From contig NC_092678.1 in the NCBI RefSeq assembly GCF_964355755.1, forward strand, positions 17,031,881 through 17,095,880: DNA of 64,000 bases, read 5' to 3'. The notes below the pieces were generated by a model. The model did no database searches and had not been told where the DNA came from. It saw only the letters and a list, made by a program, of their open reading frames with translations. Position numbers and translations under genes: made by a program. Within the stretch, counting starts at the first letter, position 1. The number at the start of each line of letters is the position of its first letter. This DNA comes from Antedon mediterranea. Taxonomy: Eukaryota > Animalia > Echinodermata. Shown here piece by piece: positions 26,265 through 38,704 of this stretch.

Positions 26265-26605
26265 AACTTGTGGTTCCCACAAGAGACGCAATGCAAGGAG
26301 GATAGGCCTATAGGTAGACACAAAGCAAGCAAGTGAGTTGACCAATCACACAAGCGACAGCAGAGTTCAAATAACCCATCGCTTGTAGGCTAATATTGGT
26401 TACATTGTTAACTTTTAATACTGATTTTATGTAAATGCAATACTTTCAGCTTCTGCTGCTTTTTGTATATGTGTTTTTTATACCGAAAAAAATAAAAGTA
26501 CATAGGCTGGATGCAAGTGAGTTGACCAATCACAAAATACATCACTTGTGATTGGTCACTAACGTTGCTCTCTGTGCATTGCGTCTCTGTAGTGGAACCA
26601 AGCAT
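26265..26605. mobile_element. Degraded copies of the palindromic MITE family seen at 7925-8235
   Basis: GGTTCCCAC...GACGCAA, GAGTTGACCAATCAC, TGTGATTGGTCA and TAGTGGAACCAAGC motifs. Confidence 0.6.
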
Positions 26606-27747
26606 AATGTACCAAGCATGCAGCAGTAATACTTGTTTTCACAGAATCTTCACCAGACTATACATTGATACGGTTATACCAATTAATCACAACATGATAA
26701 AGCAAACAAAGTTATAGATCAGGGTTGATGAAATATGTCATTATACCGGTACGCGTTTAATTTGTCCATTATAATGTTGTTGTTGTGGACAGTAAAACAC
26801 CAATATTTATTTACTTTTATTCAAAAACTTTCCAACAGGAACAATGTTCCCACTTACAGGTGATGTTATATAAAAAATAAAATATAAAATATATATGTAT
26901 ATACTCAAAAGCACATTACTCCCATGACGGTATAATTATAATGGACAGGTTCACCAACCCTATGGAAATTACATTATTACATTAAATCAACAACTCTTGT
27001 ATGCTATAACTGTAACAACAAAATTCACAACAATTACATCAATATTTTTTAAAAGGCCAAATAAAATAAGTATTTAAGTTTTTTTATTTATTTTTTTCTA
27101 AGGAAATAATTAGATGAAAATAAAGGCGGCTTCTCTCATAGTGGATCGACCACAGTGTACACGACGGCAAGTAAGTAGTCTATACTACCGTACTGTTTGT
27201 CTATTCGTCAGTATTGGTCATATTATCCGATATATTTTGGTACCAAAAACGTTAAATGAACGATAGAGGTCATGGGTCAATTATCACTAAAGTACTGAAT
27301 TTCCACTATAATAATATATATCTCGTCCAAACAAATCTTGAAGCAGATTCATGTTTCTGTTTATGTTAACACATTCGTTACATGCATACAGTATTATCAA
27401 CTAAGGTATTAACATTAACACTTATTTTGCGATATAGGCCTACTATCCAACTAAGGTATTCACAAGAATCCTTATTTAGTGATATATCATTATAGATGAT
27501 AAGAACATAATCAGCGGCGCTTCACATACTGTAATAATATTATTTGAAATAAAAAGGTTTTAATTGATTTTTAAATTGTTAATTTATATAGATTATAGCA
27601 ATCCACATTGTTAATGTTACTTGGCAAATTGCAACGGAAAACGAGCGGTCAGCAAATGTGTTCGCATAACATCCGTTGCACTGCAAAACCGAGCCTCTAG
27701 AAAAAGAAGCCTAAACTATCTTTAAAAGAAGTCAGATAATCCCAGGG

Positions 27748-30700
27748 GTATGGCAAGCCTCAGCTGTCTGAAGTATTCAAAATATTATATTATTATATCA
27801 TTTTCTATTATATTATATATTGTATTGTAATGAATTATACGTTTTGCATTATATTACTTGGTTTTAGCATTATATTATATCTATTTCTAATATATTATGT
27901 GAAAAATGTAACAAATTATTGACTTTTTGTATTATATTATTTGGTTTTAGCATTATATTATGAACATTTAATATTATATTAGTAATAAAATACATTATAT
28001 TATAATATAATTGTATTATATTAAACGCATTTACTTTACTTTATAACATACAACATTATTATATTATACGGATTCGTTAGTTATATTATTATTTTGTATG
28101 ATGTTTATTATACGTCACGGCTTATTTCAGTTCTTCTAACTCTTTCTCTCCCTCCCCCTGTTCACTAGCAATCAGCGGCCGGCAGAATCTGAATTGTGTG
28201 ACTGTTGAAGAATAACTACGTACTATGCCTAGCCTAGGCCTACTAGGGGATCTAGACAAGTGACCAAGGATCACCGGACAGCTACAACTAATACTACAAT
28301 ACAATAATACTACTACAATAACTACTACTGCTACTACCTAGGCCTAGCTAGTGAGTAGTAGGTAGCTACTACTAGGCTCTAGGGCGTATGTATGATGTTA
28401 ACTACTAGGTAGGGCCTAGGCTAGGCCTAGAGGCCTACTAGTACTAGACTAGGCCTAGACTTAAGTTGTAGTAGGCTAGGGCCGGGCCTGCTGCCTTAGT
28501 TAGGCTAGGCTACTACTACTACTACTACTACTAGGCAGCCCATGATGGGTACGAGTAAGCCAAAATTTTGGATATATGTAAACCAAAATTTGGGTACGAG
28601 CGTGTTGGCATGGCATGGGTACGGGTTGACCTGTATCCTTCTAATCTAGCTAATCGTACTATGCCTAGGCCTCAAGTAAGTCTACGCTACCCAGTCCGGC
28701 TACAATATGGTCTATTTTGTTTTATAGCTTTATTGATAGCTGGGTTCAAATCTGTGTTGGGACGGCTTTTTCTCATTCTAAAACAGATTTCCTTATAATA
28801 AAATAATATATGAATTTATTTGTAATATTGTAATGTATACATAATATAAGTAATTGCCATTGCCTTTATTACTATTAATTATGTATTATACGGTTACCCC
28901 TTAATTATACTATAGTATAATTTCCTTGTTATATTTTACAATATTTTCTTCTTAATTCTACAATTTTGTCTTTCACAGCACAAATTTATCATACTGAATC
29001 ATCACACACCAAGTCTCATAAATCTCTACTGTATTTGTCCAAGCTACTCCAGCTACATGGTATTGCCTTGAGGCTAAACTACACGGTATACTGGCACTAC
29101 CATCATTCCTGGCTCGTCAACCTGTACCACATAAGCACAGTTTCAGTTTCAGTTTATTTACCATTTCAATTTCTGAACATAAGAGATGAACAACTTATAT
29201 GGATGGATAACCGTAAGAGCGAAGCTCGTTTACCGGTCACCTGTTAGTGCAGTGACATTACAGAAAACATAAAGACAGGACAAAGGTGCAATACTTAACA
29301 AGACATGTGAACACTTGTGTTTGCAACCCCTTGGATAAAATAATATATTTATATAAAGGAGAAAGTTAGATATTATAATATTTCTTTTTGATCATACAAT
29401 GATATTTTTTAAATTACTTCTTAAGAAGTCATACTACTGATTCAAAATAGTGACTTACACCCTGTGGTCAAGGCTTTATTTGCTCTTATGCTTATTTCCT
29501 CCAACATACAGAGTACATAGGACTTTTTTTATTCATAACTGTTGAATTGTTTCCCAATACATAGTACCTATTGGTATTATATCTAAAAATACAAAGGCGA
29601 CTAACACAGATAGTTCCATATATACAGTACTCTTTTATAGATAGATGTATCTCTCCAAACTACTCCCAACTACCTAATCTAATAATAGTACTATTAGCAT
29701 ACTACTATACACTTTGTAGACAAGAAATAAGTTGTATACACCTACAGGACTTATGGTAGTACAGTCGATCGCACTCTCACTGGCCCGGTCAACATAATCT
29801 ATACCTAGATTAATATTACAGTAATTAAAGTACATTATTACAGAGTTTTGTTTTTTTTGCAGAAATCAAAGTTATGTGTATAGAAAGCAGTACTCGTATT
29901 AAAAACTAAGCAGGTTGCAGGTCTTGAATGCAAACTGGCAGGATATTTTGAATATTTTTTGTTGTTGAAATGATGGAATCCTAACTTCAATTTCCACGAA
30001 CTGGAGACGAAGACATATTATGACCCTTTTATTTAAATTTATTTGAATAGACCTCCATGTAAAGTCATTAAAGGCTACATGATTGTTTTATATTTTAATA
30101 TGTGATAGTAGGAAATCATTGTGTATAATGAGGACTATGAATCTGATATTTACTTGCATTCTTATCTTTTTAAAATATTATTTATAATGCCGGTAATGAG
30201 TTTAAAATTTAATTATATTGACTATTTTTGATAATCATCATGTCCTTATAAATTCATTTATACTTTTTATGTGTAATATAGTTCATATATTATGTATTAA
30301 ATAAATTGGTAAGGCCCTATACTGTTATTATTTAAGGAAAGTTTATATACACTATTATTTTATGCCTACCAATATTAGTATTGTTTATGTAAATATTTTG
30401 TCTAATTGCCTTGATTTTTGTATAGGCCAATGGCATCAATGTTTTTCTCAAAGCAAATTAGCCTAATAATGCCACATTTAGACACATGATTCATTGATTT
30501 CTGATATTCTGTACTTGTGTGTATGCATTACTAAAATAGTAGTTAATATATTTCATTTATAATGTATGTATAAACATATATTCATATTTTTTTTAACATT
30601 TTTAAATTTAAAAATTATTACAATACCTATCTACCTTTCTGATATTGTTACTATTATATAATATTCTTTGAGGCAGCAATAAAAAAAAAATTAGAACAAT

Positions 30701-33700
30701 TAATTTGACTTATACTGTACTATGTTAGTTCAGGAGATGAAGTGTGTGTGGGCAGAAACTAGTGTGTTGGAGGTTGGTGGTGTGAGGTGTATAGTAGTCA
30801 CTTTAAGACCTAAATTAGATGTTTTCTGAAGAAAAGAAGTAAGCGCATACGCTTTCAAACAACTCCAAGAAGATTCACACAAAAATAATTACTTTCCAAT
30901 AAAGTAGTATAACAGTCTATATTACAGTGCATTGAATAAACTCGAGCGGAATAATAACGCACATAAAAAAACATTCATTTTCTTTTCGAAAAGTGCCCTC
31001 TCTAGTTTTCTATTAATTTATTAATAATTATTATTAATTAATGAGTAATATGAACATACATATTAACATTTAATGCTGGAAACTGTATCTACTCCTAACA
31101 AAGTTTCATATCTCCAAATTTCATTAACGTATTCAAAGCACTTCAATAAATTACATTTAACATTACAAATTCAGGTTTTGGATATAATTTTGCTTAAAAA
31201 CATATACAAAAAACATCGATAAAAAATACTTTTCGTATTCAAAAACATTTGATACTTGGTATAAATGTTCAATATAGGTTGCTCCATCCATATTGCAAAC
31301 AAAAAATAACTATCAAGCCATATCACTGATTTTTTAAATTTACGTTTTTACAAAATGTACACTTATGAAAGACCATACAATTCCAACTCATTTTTTACAA
31401 GCTAATAACTATTTTGAAAAAACGACCAACAAAAAACGTTCTTGAATGCAATTTTTTTCTGTGAATAGAGCAACCTATAGTGAACATTTGTACCAAGTAT
31501 CAAATGTTTTTGAATACGAAAAGTATTTTTTATCGATGTTTTTTGTATATGTTTTTAAGCAAAATTCTATCCAAAACCCGAATTTTTATGTTAAATGTGA
31601 TATTTAATATTGAAGTGCTTTGAATACGTTGATGAAATTTGGAGATATGAAACTTTGTTAGGAGTAGAACCAGCTTCCAGCATTGAATTTTAAAAATATG
31701 TTCATATTACTCATTAATTAATAATAATTATTAATAAATTAATAGAAAACTAGAGAGGGCACTTTTCGAAAAGAAAATGAATGTTTTTTTATGTGCGTTA
31801 TTATTCCGCTCGAGTTTATTCAATGTACTGTAATATACACTGTTATACTACTTTATTGGAAAGTAATTATTTTTGTGTGAATCTTCTTGGAGTTGTTTGA
31901 AAGCGTATGCGCTTACTTCTTTTCTTCAGAAAACATCTAATTTAGGTCTTAAAGTGACAACTATACACCTCACACCACCAACCTCCAACACACTAGTTTC
32001 TGCCCACACACACTTCATCTCCTGAACTAACATAGTACAGTATAAGTCAAATTAATTGTTCTAATTTTTTTTTTTATTGCTGCCTCAAAGAATATTATAT
32101 AATAGTAACAATATCAGAAAGGTAGATAGGTATTGTAATAATTTTTAAATTTAAAAATGTTAAAAAAAATATGAATATATGTTTATACATACATTATAAA
32201 TGAAATATATTAACTACTATTTTAGTAATGCATACACACAAGTACAGAATATCAGAAATCAATGAATCATGTGTCTAAATGTGGCATTATTAGGCTAATT
32301 TGCTTTGAGAAAAACATTGATGCCATTGGCCTATACAAAAATCAAGGCAATTAGACAAAATATTTACATAAACAATTAATACTAATACTGGTAGGCATAA
32401 AATAATAGTGTATATAAACTTTCCTTAAATAATAACAGTATAGGGCCTTACCAATATATTTAATACATAATATATGAACTATATTACACATAAAAAGTAT
32501 AAATGAATTTATAAGGACATGATGATTATCAAAAATAGTCAATATCATTAAATTTTTAACTCATTACCGGCATTATAAATAATATTTTAAAAAGATAAGA
32601 ATGCAAGTAAATATCAGATTCATAGTCCTCATTATACACAATGATTTCCTACTATCACATATTAAAATATAAAACAATCATGTAGCCTTTAATGACTTTA
32701 CATGGAGGTCTATTCAAATAAATTTAAATAAAAGGGTCATAATATGTCTTCGTCTCCAGTTCGTGGAAATTGAAGTTAGGATTCTGGACATCATTTCAAC
32801 AACAAAAAATATTCAAAATATCCTGCCAGTTCGCATTCAAGACCTGCAACCTGCTTAGTTTTTAATACGAGTACTGCTTTCTATACACATAACTTTGATT
32901 TCTGCAAAAAAAACAAAACTCTGTAATAATGTACTTTAATTACTGTAATAATCTAGGTATAGATTATGTTGACCGGGCCAGTGAGAGTGCGATCGACTGT
33001 ACTACCATAAGTCCTGTAGGTGTATACAACTTATTTCTTGTCTACAAAGTGTATAGTAGTATGCTAATAGTACTATTATTAGATTAGGTAGTTGGGAGTA
33101 GTTTGGAGAGATACATCTATCTATAAAAGAGTACTGTATATATGGAACTATCTGTGTTAGCCGCCTTTGTATTTTTAGATATAATACCAATAGGTACTAT
33201 GTATTGGGAAACAATTCAACAGTTATGAATAAAAAAAGTCCTATGTACTCTGTATGTTGGAGGAAATAAGCATAAGAGCAAATAACGCCTTGACCACAGG
33301 GTGTAAGTCACTATTTTGAATCAGTAGTATGACTTCTTAAGAAGTAATTTAAAAATTATCATTGTATGATCAAAAAGAAATATTATAATATCTAACTTTC
33401 TCCTTTATATAAATATATTATTTTATCCAAGGGGTTGCAAACACAAGTGTTCACATGTCTTGTTAAGTATTGCACCTTTGTCCTGTCTTTATGTTTTCTG
33501 TAATGTCACTGCACTAACGGGTGACCGGTAAACGAGCTTCGCTTTTACGGTTATCCATCCATAAGTTGTTCATCTCTTATGTTCAGAAATTGAAATGGTA
33601 AATAAACTGAAACTGAAACTGTGCTTATGTGGTACAGGTTGACGAGCCAGGAATGATGGTAGTGCCAGTATACCGTGTAGTTTAGCCTCAAGGCAATACC

Positions 33701-35007
33701 ATGTACCGTAGCTGGAGTAGCTTGGAAAAATACAGTAGAGATTTATGAGACTTGGTGTGTGATGATTCAGTATGATAAATTTGTGCTGTGAAAGACAAAA
33801 TTGTAGAATTAGGAAGAAAATATTGTAAAATATAACAAGGAAATTATACTATAGTATAATTAAGGGGTAACCGTATAATACATAATTAATAGTAATAATG
33901 GCAATTACTTATATTATGTATAAATTACAATATTACAAATAAATTCATATATTATTTTATTATAAGGAAATCTGTTTTAGAATGAGAAAAAGCCGTCCCA
34001 ACACAGATTTGAACCCAGCTATCAATAAAGCTATAAAACAAAATAGACCATATTGTAGCCGGACTGGGTAGCGTAGACTTACTTGAGGCCTAGGCATAGT
34101 ACGATTAGCTAGAAGGATACAGGTCAACCCGTACCCATGCCATGCCAACACGCTCGTACCCAAATTTTGGTTTAAATATATCCAAAATTTTGGCTTACTC
34201 GTACCCATCATGGGCTGCCTAGTAGTAGTAGTAGTAGTAGTGGTAGCCTAGCCTAAGGCAGCAGGCCCGGCCCTAGCCTACTACAACTTAAGTCTAGGCC
34301 TAGCCTAGTAGGCCTCTAGGCCTAGCCTAGCTAGAGGCCCTAGGCCTAGTAGTTAACATCATACATACACCCTAGAGCCTAGTAGTAGCTACCTACTACT
34401 CACTAGCTAGGCCTAGGTAGTAGCAGTAGTAGTTATTGTAGTAGTATTATTGTATTGTAGTATTAGTTGTAGCTGTCCGGTGATCCTTGGTCACTTGTCT
34501 AGATCCCCTAGTAGGCCTAGGCTAGGCCTAGTACGTAGTTATTCTTCAACAGTCACACAATTCAGATTCTGCCGGCCGCTGATTGCTAGTGAACAGGGGG
34601 AGGGAGAGAAAGAGTTAGAAGAACTGAAATAAGCCGTGACGTATAATAAACATCATACAAAATAATAATATAACTAACGAATCCGTATAATATAATAATG
34701 TTGTATGTTATAAAGTAAAGTAAATGCGTTTAATATAATACAATTATATTATAATATAATGTATTTTATTAATAATATAATACTAAATGTTCATAATATA
34801 ATGCTAAAACCAAATAATATAATACAAAAAGTCAATAATTTGTTACATTTTTCACATAATATATTAGAAATAGATATAATATAATGCTAAAACCAAGTAA
34901 TATAATGCAAAACGTATAATTCATTACAATACAATATATAATATAATAAAAAATTGATATAATAATATAATATTTTGAATACTTCAGACAGCTGAGGCTT
35001 GCCATAC
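27748..35007. mobile_element. Giant foldback (palindromic) element, complete copy 2: arms ~27748-31284 and ~31468-35007, spacer ~183 bp
   Basis: Termini GTATGGCAAGCCTCAGCTGTCTGAAG / CTTCAGACAGCTGAGGCTTGCCATAC. The arms are reverse complements along their whole length. Flanked by AGGG (27744-27747, 35008-35011), or CAGGGG if the ends are TATGGC/GCCATA. No transposase ORF. Confidence 0.96.
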
Positions 35008-35294
35008 AGGGGGCTTAATATCGATTGTGGGCTTCTTTTCGAGATTAACTTTTCAAAATAAAGAGTGGTTTCTTTTTAATTTGTTATTTTGGGAGGTTGG
35101 CTACTTACGAGGTCGGCTAGCCTATATAGCTCTTGAAATTCGTTTTTCTTTAAAAAAGGAATTTCATCAGTGGGGATCGAGATACAAACAAATAGTATTT
35201 GTTTTATATGGCCTATGAAATATTCATAATAATAACATTATCTTCATTTTAATGAAAAGCGATTATTAATTATAATAATATAGTACGGTATACT

Positions 35295-36100
35295 TTATCT
35301 ATCAAATCTTACTTATAATTAATACAACATAACAACACTAATACAATTCACCAAACAACATCCATGTATAGGTATAATGAAATAAGCCAACATCAATTGA
35401 AATATAACAACATCGTATCTACCAAATCTTACATAAAACTAATACAATCCACCAAACTACATCCATAAATGTATAGATTATATTAATGAAAAAGCCAACA
35501 TCAATTGAAATAAAATACAATCTTATCTACCAAATCTTACATAAAACTAATACAATCCACCAAACAACATCGATAAATGTATAGATTATATTAATGAAAT
35601 AAGCCAACATCAATTGAAATAAATACTACATTTCATCTACTAAATCTTACATAACACTAATACAATCCACCAAACTACATCCATAAATGTATAAGTTATA
35701 TTAATGAAATAAGCCGACATCATTTGAAATAAATACTACATTTTATCTACTAAATCTTACATAACATTAATACAATCCACCAAACTACATCCATAAATGT
35801 ATAGGTTATATTAATGAAATAAGCCAACCTCATTTGAAATAAAAACTAAATTTTATCTACTAAATCTTACATAAAACTAATACAATCCACCAAACTACAT
35901 CGATAAATGTATAGGTTATATTAATGAAATAAGCCAACATCATTTGAAATAAATACTACATTTTATCTACAAAATCTTACATAAAACTAATCCACCGAAC
36001 TACTGTAAATCGATAAATGTAAATGTTTAATATTAATGAAAAAGCCAACATTATATACACTGAAATAAAACAACAACTTATCTACCAAATCCACCAAACT
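35295..36100 (+). repeat. Minisatellite, 110 bp unit, about 7 copies
   Basis: AATCTTACATAA.ACTAATACAATCCACCAAAC... recurs at 35425, 35533, 35643, 35753, 35863 and 35973, with degenerate end units. Confidence 0.92.
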
Positions 36101-37160
36101 ACAATGTACATCAATAAGTTTAACCCTAAAACTTTAAAAGGAAGCTCATGGGCTTCTTCTTTATTAGGGCTCTTGGCTGGGCTTCTTTTCGAGATTACTT
36201 TTACAAATGAGAGGGACTTCGAAATTAATTAGCATGCTGAAATGTTGTCAATTGCTACTACTGTGCAAAAATACGGATGTTTTTACATTTTAAATATTTG
36301 CAGACAAGAAGAAGATACAATGAAAGTGTCAATCCTATCTTTATTGTGTGTTGTGCCTGTGTTTGTATAATTATACTTAACTAACCGTCACACTTCAGTG
36401 ATTCTATTGTGATGGGTATCAACACAAGCACAGGACAACCATATTATGGTTTATGCAAATTAGACATATTTATTATGTATACTTGTGCAGTGTTCTTTTG
36501 TAATATGTAGCTTGTTGAGTAGATACAATTACAGCTTAGCCTGAAGATGGACTGAGGTTTAGAGGCTTAAAGAAGACTAGAGTTAGTGTGAGGGCTGGAT
36601 TAAAGGGTTTATTTAGAAGCATGAAGCTGCTGAATGACCTACAGTAGTAGTATAAGTCTTATGTAGCCCACAGCTCAGCTAGAAAAAGCACGTGTTTGTA
36701 TTATATTCACTTTATAGGCATATCATTATATCGTTGTATTTATGGTATAACCAATGGTTATGTATTTCTCAAAATAAAGTGTGTTATTTATTTGTAGTAA
36801 ATCGGATCGATGTATGGATTTACGGATAGAAACAGAAAGATGGAATTAAAGTCTGCAGTATTGAATATTGTTTTGTGCAGAATTACATGAAGTACGGTAG
36901 CATTTGGAAAAACAAATCATTGTACAATAAATATATGAGGCTTGATTGTTGTGATAATGAAGTGTTGTAAGGTCATTAATGCAAAATCGAAAATGCAATA
37001 ACAAAAACATTTAGAAAACAATAAACTGTAAAAATGATTGATATAAACACGATTAAATTATTAGTCTTCGTCTGGAAATTTCAGAGGAAACCTTGTTTTT
37101 AAGTTTTACGAGTTGTACACAAAGCGTCATCAACAAACAGTTTATTTCCGCAACACTTAC

Positions 37161-38544
37161 TATGGAAAGCAGAGCATATGTCTGCCACTTCCGCTAACCA
37201 GAAGCCGATGGCCAGGATGAAAGTATCCGTGGCCATCTTGATTGTAACGTTGTTAACGGAATATGCTTTATCGCATTCTCAGTTCAGAAATCAGGAGCCA
37301 TCGTCTGCAGAAGGAAAAAAAACGTAAAAACAATTATTAAAAATGGAAAGAAAATTAGTTGTTGTTTCCGATAATCATAATGCGTTTCTTTTCAAACGGG
37401 GTAGTGGGATATTCCTGAGGAAATTATCGGCCTCGTTTGGAATTTTTACAATTGCCTATATGTTCACATGCAAACTAGGTAGGCCTAAGTGCCAAGCCGG
37501 TTCACACTGACCATTTACACGTCACGCGAAAAGATTCGCCCGAAGCTAGACAAAGTTCTATCGATTTCGCGCGTTGCAAATTCACCGCTTTAACTGAAAA
37601 TCCACTGACGTTCAACACAGGCATGGGAACGGTGAGAGGGAGGGAAATTGACCTCCCAAAACTTAAATCATGGGATGGCAAATAAAAATAGCATTTTAAA
37701 GAGATTTCTTTTCAATAACATATTCTCATAACTCCTTTCGTTCAGCAATACAAACATGATAATATAATAATAACAGCCAGACCAAAACAATGCGCTTGTC
37801 GCGAGAAAGGGATTTCTGTAAAATGCTTCTGAATTTGTAAAACTTAATGGAATTGGTATGAATGTTCTTTTACCGGGCACATTATTGTAACTGCTTAAAA
37901 AATATAAAAACTGAAAAAAAAACAAAAACAATGTTTGTCTATAATATACAGAGAATATAATATAGAGAAAGATGTAAAGTGTACAGCAGAATGAAATAAA
38001 TGACCCAAAAAATGAAGAATAAAATATTACTTAGTTAGGTGGATTGTCAGTGTTAAGGTAAGATAACACAGTGCTGTGTATTCATATACTACTGTACATT
38101 ACCGTAAAATCTTCAGTGCTTCTTGTCGAATCCATCGGACACATCAACTCTCGGAATTTTCCCTTTAATATTTCTTTACATGCTGCAAGGGTAACTCTCG
38201 GCTCGCAGACTTCAATTTTATAAACAAGGCAGCAAATGCGGCGATGATCCGATCGCCTATTTTTGGTGATGTATAAATAAAAACATGATATAGTTATTCA
38301 CTTAGACCATGGATCAAGAAAAAATAATAATTTTCCTGAAAAAACTGTAATTTATAGCCAAAAATTCAGATTGGCGTTTATGTTTTATAACTGAAAACAT
38401 TTGTTTTGTTTTCTTATATTTTTAGTAGTAAACTTTATTAAAACTACAAATGACCTATTCATTTTTTATGTTTTTTTGTACAATACACATTTTATCGAAA
38501 TATCTTGCTATATCGACATAGTAATTCGATAACGATGTCTTACC
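37161..38544 (-). other. Candidate spliced non-coding or 5'UTR exons (donor at 38543; exons 38103-38182 and 37161-37304)
   Basis: CAG|GTAAG, CCCTTGCAG...ACG|GTAATG and TTTTTTTCCTTCTGCAG...CATA|GTAAGT, all on the minus strand. No long ORF. Confidence 0.35.
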
Positions 38545-38704
38545 TGATTTTATTTGATTAGATTTAAGTTATCTTATATCTTATGCGAAATTCATGTTGT
38601 TAAGTTAATTTGATTGAAGTATGTGACCATCGTACCAATAACAATATCAATGTAAACTTGACACCGACTTGTAGGTTCATGTTTGTTTATATTAATTGTA
38701 TATA

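Noticed and set aside
27743-27760. Assignment of the foldback to Polinton/Maverick on the basis of a possible 6 bp TSD (CAGGGG)
   Set aside because: Termini lack the AG/AGT-repeat ends and there are no Polinton genes. The C conserved at 3874 favours GTATGGC ends with a 4 bp TSD. Unresolved without more copies.
2366-34632. Short ORFs recurring two or three times (MYCSIS..., MGTSVLAW..., MVLYLKIQ..., RLNYTVYW...)
   Set aside because: They recur only because they lie in the foldback arms. Indels between arms break their frames and no domain is recognisable.
35295-36100. Regularly spaced repeats resembling a CRISPR array
   Set aside because: Whole 110 bp units repeat with no unique spacers, no cas genes, and the context is eukaryotic.
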